64,000 bases of DNA, taken from assembly GCF_902713615.1 (NCBI RefSeq), contig NC_052153.1:80108608-80172607 (forward strand), given 5' to 3'. This DNA comes from Scyliorhinus canicula (lineage: Eukaryota). Shown piece after piece: positions 61,141 through 64,000 of this stretch. The position numbers were made by a program, and so were the translations under genes. A model generated the notes under the pieces. That model had not been told where the DNA came from and searched no databases. It saw only the letters and a list, made by a program, of their open reading frames with translations. How positions within the stretch are numbered: the stretch's first letter is position 1; each line of letters opens with the position of its first letter.

Positions 61141-62564
61141 TTGTATCGGTAAAGATTAGAGATAAGGTATAGTTTTAGGTGGGTTTCATTTAATGTTTCT
61201 GTGCCGGGAAGGGACCTATAGTTAGATTCATGCTGGATAAAGATATTTGTGTGTGTGGGGATTGGTTAAGTTTCAACTGTGATAGAGGGATCTACGACAT
61301 GGAGTAAATATAGTTGCCCGTCAATTAGAGGACCTTGTAAGGGACAATTTTGCTTTCTTCTTTAGTTTTAGCTGGAAGCTATAGCAATTAGTGTAGAGGG
61401 AATATCTCCCAAAGTACTGCTAACAGCAGTTGAAGACGGGCCAAGAGTGAGACGGCAGCTGTCATAGCTCTTCTCAAAGCAGTAAAATCTAAGAAAGAAA
61501 GCTCCAGGGGAACTAAAGGAGGGTTGGTTGTAGAAACCTGGAAATAGAACAGGATAATGTTCAGGGTCAGCACAAAGTGGAGAAGGAATTGGTTGGTGAG
61601 AAGCTCAGTTTCTAAAGTAACCCTAAAGATTTCCAAAATAATCCTCAAGTCTGGAATGTCTTACTGCAGTCAGTGAAGTAACATTGAAAGTAATTAACAA
61701 AGTATTGGCTGGATATCAGAGTTTGTGTTAACAGTGGAAGTTAGTTAAGACAAATAAATCCTGAAGGGTTGGTGTAAAATCATGGAGTGGATTTGCTGGT
61801 AAAAGTACAGCAGAAACACTATTCACAAGAATCTTTTGCAAAATGAGGACTGGATTTTGGAATGTAAGCCGCTAATGGAAAGCATGATTTTTTTTTAATA
61901 TAAATTTAGATTAGCCAATTATTTTTTCCAATTAAGGGGCAATTTAGTGTGGCCAATCCACCTACTCTGCACATTTTTGGGTTGTGGGGGCGAAACCCAC
62001 GCAGACGCGGGGAGAACGTGCAAACTCCACACGGACAGTGACCCAAAGCCGGGATCGAACCTGGGACCTCAGCGCCGTGAGGCAGTTGTGCTAACCACTA
62101 GGCCACCGTGCTGCCCAGAAAGCATGATTATAAGAGAAGATTTTAAAAGTGTATTTGTGGAAGTAGAGTTTGGAAATTCTAACATGACAAACATCTGTGG
62201 GAATTCTGAGGAGAAATCCACAGGTACTAACATGGGTTCAGAATGGAGTACGTGTGCTTGACCACAGCCAAGCTGTGTGTTTTAAAAAAGGACTTTGTGT
62301 GCTAATGAGACTATTGTAGCTTCAAATGATCTATAGAACATAGACCATAAACCGGTGTGTTGTTAACATAAGGCAAAGGAGTATGGCATGAAAAGCCAAT
62401 TTTTCCATGTTTAATAAATTATTTTTCTCGTTGTTAAAACTAATTAGCAGTCCTGCGACTCTGTTCCTCCATGTTTGATTTTTAAAAAAAGTTACCTCTT
62501 TTGAGCCAGTATTCCATTCAGGGATATTTCCGGTTCAGTTATAACATCACCTGGGATTCTAACA
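61141..62564 (+). mobile_element. Solo LTR containing a V-SINE at 61890-62116
   Basis: Ends gggattctaaca like the 28421 LTR; AATAAA at ~62413; ATAT flanks on both sides. Confidence 0.65.
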
Positions 62565-64000
62565 ATATAAGCTATTCAAATGTAATTTTAACCTTTTTAA
62601 TAAATACCGGTGGTCAAGTGTGTGAAATGCACTAAGTTGGGCTAAACTGGTCTCAGCTGCAACAGCAGTCTAGGGGCTACACAATTGCCACTTCCCCTTT
62701 CTGACAGCAAAATGGGGAGGAAAACAAGTCAGCCGAAGCTCTTGCCTTCAATTACTATCCAGTGACTGCTGAATTATTTTTGAAGTCTGTTCACTGTTGT
62801 TTGTAGCCAAACATGACAGCCAATTTACATACAACAATGAGATGATTGACCAGTTAAATTATTTGTAGGTGGTGTTCATTTGGAAATAAATTATTGGAGA
62901 ATTTCCATGTAGTTTAAACAATGCCGTGGTGTATTGTTCATCCAAGTGAGGGGGCAAATGGAACCTCTGTTTATATAGGTCTCATCTGACAGGCTGTACC
63001 TCCTACATTGTATCACCTCCTTAGGACTGTAATGAAGAATCTGTTCTGGTCCTGAAATGGGTTTGAATCTGCGACAATTTGAGACAATAATGTACTAATA
63101 ATCCAGTGCTGACTGTTCAGTACAGTACCGGGTAGTGGCACGCCTATGATTTGCCATTTTGGGCACACAATGCCACAGTGGTTAGCACTGCTGTGTCACG
63201 GTACCGAAGTCCCAGTTTGGATCCCAGCTCTGGGTCACTGTCGAGTTTGCACATTCTCCCCGTTTGCGTGGGTTTCTCCCCACAATCCAAAAGATTTGCA
63301 GGGTAGGTGGATTGGCCACACTAAATTGCCCCTTAATTGGAAAAAAAATGAATTGGGTACTCTACATTTATGAAAACAAAATGATTTTCCATTTTAAATC
63401 CTTGTTCCAATCCCTCTCTCTTTTCACTACTGTTGTGTGTCAACCATGGCTCAGCTGGTCGCATTCTCACCTCTGAGTTACAAGGTTTCTGTTTCAAGTC
63501 CCTGTCCCACTCCAAGACTTTCTGTTCCCTTTTAAAAAAAAAAAAATTTTAAGTGCCCAATTCTTTCCCCCCAATTAAGTGGCAATTTAGCGTGGCCAAT
63601 TCATCTACCCCGGCACATCTTTGGGTTGTGGGGTTGAGACCCACGCAGACACTAGGAGAATGTGCAAACTCCACACGGACAGTGACCCGGGGCCGGGATC
63701 GAGCCCGGGTCCTCGGCGCCGTGAGGCAGTAGTGTTAACTACCATGCCGCCCACCCACTCCAGGACTTGGGCACAAATATCAAAGCTGACACTCCAGAAC
63801 ACCACAGAGGGATTGCTGCACTGTATTTTGTGGTGCTCTCTTGGGTGGCTACAAAAGATCCGCTGGCACTATTTACAGGAGGTGAAGCGGAACTATCCCT
63901 GGTGTCCTGGCCAATACGTATCCCTCAATCAACATGACAAAGGTAGAATACCCGGTCATTATAACATTGTTGCTTGTGGGGGTTTGCTGTGCACAAACTG

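Larger units (their letters stand above)
1817..63751. repeat. Short-type V-SINE family, ~27 dispersed copies of ~220 bp
   Basis: tRNA-like head (A box tggcgcagtggttagc, B box ggttcgatcc), V-domain gtggagtttgcacattctccccgtg and tail ttaattggaaaaaa..gggtactctaaattt(T/A)n. Approximate copy starts: 1817-, 3115+, 6777-, 7698-, 12819-, 17700+, 18041-, 18498+ (nested 18642-), 19835-, 21940-, 23188+, 31218+, 35493-, 37149+, 37610-, 41466+, 42537-, 43366-, 52419+, 52722-, 53637-, 55185+, 58748-, 61890-, 63161+, 63530-. Confidence 0.9.

Noticed and set aside
1-64000. CRISPR array or prokaryotic system
   Set aside because: Repeats are dispersed eukaryotic SINEs, not regularly spaced; the gene has spliceosomal introns.

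Overview
Repeat-rich vertebrate genomic DNA, almost certainly from an elasmobranch. A catshark-like source is inferred from V-SINE/HE1-type SINEs, HER1-type CR1 LINEs and DeuSINEs. The only host gene is the 3' end of DAPK1 on the minus strand. Six coding exons (61037-60849, 57063-56866, 39507-39369, 38336-38216, 31103-30915, 12334-11096) splice in frame through GT/AG sites and encode the distal ROC, COR, death domain and Ser-rich tail, followed by a ~0.8-1 kb 3'UTR. The rest is intron or downstream sequence filled with nested mobile elements: ~35 V-SINEs of two tail types, other tRNA-SINEs, CR1, L1, L2 and Penelope retroelements, solo LTRs and palindromic Harbinger-like MITEs. Three observations stand out. 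(1) A ~190-bp A-tailed retroposon with a U2 snRNA-derived head and a perfect 15-bp target-site duplication (41428-41855), a candidate snRNA-derived SINE in a shark. (2) Minimal hammerhead ribozymes in three Penelope-type families, including an intact one and a U3-A8 core variant. (3) An apparent switch of V-SINE partner LINE from CR1 to L1. Repeat family names come from recalled consensus features, not database searches, and many repeat boundaries are approximate.
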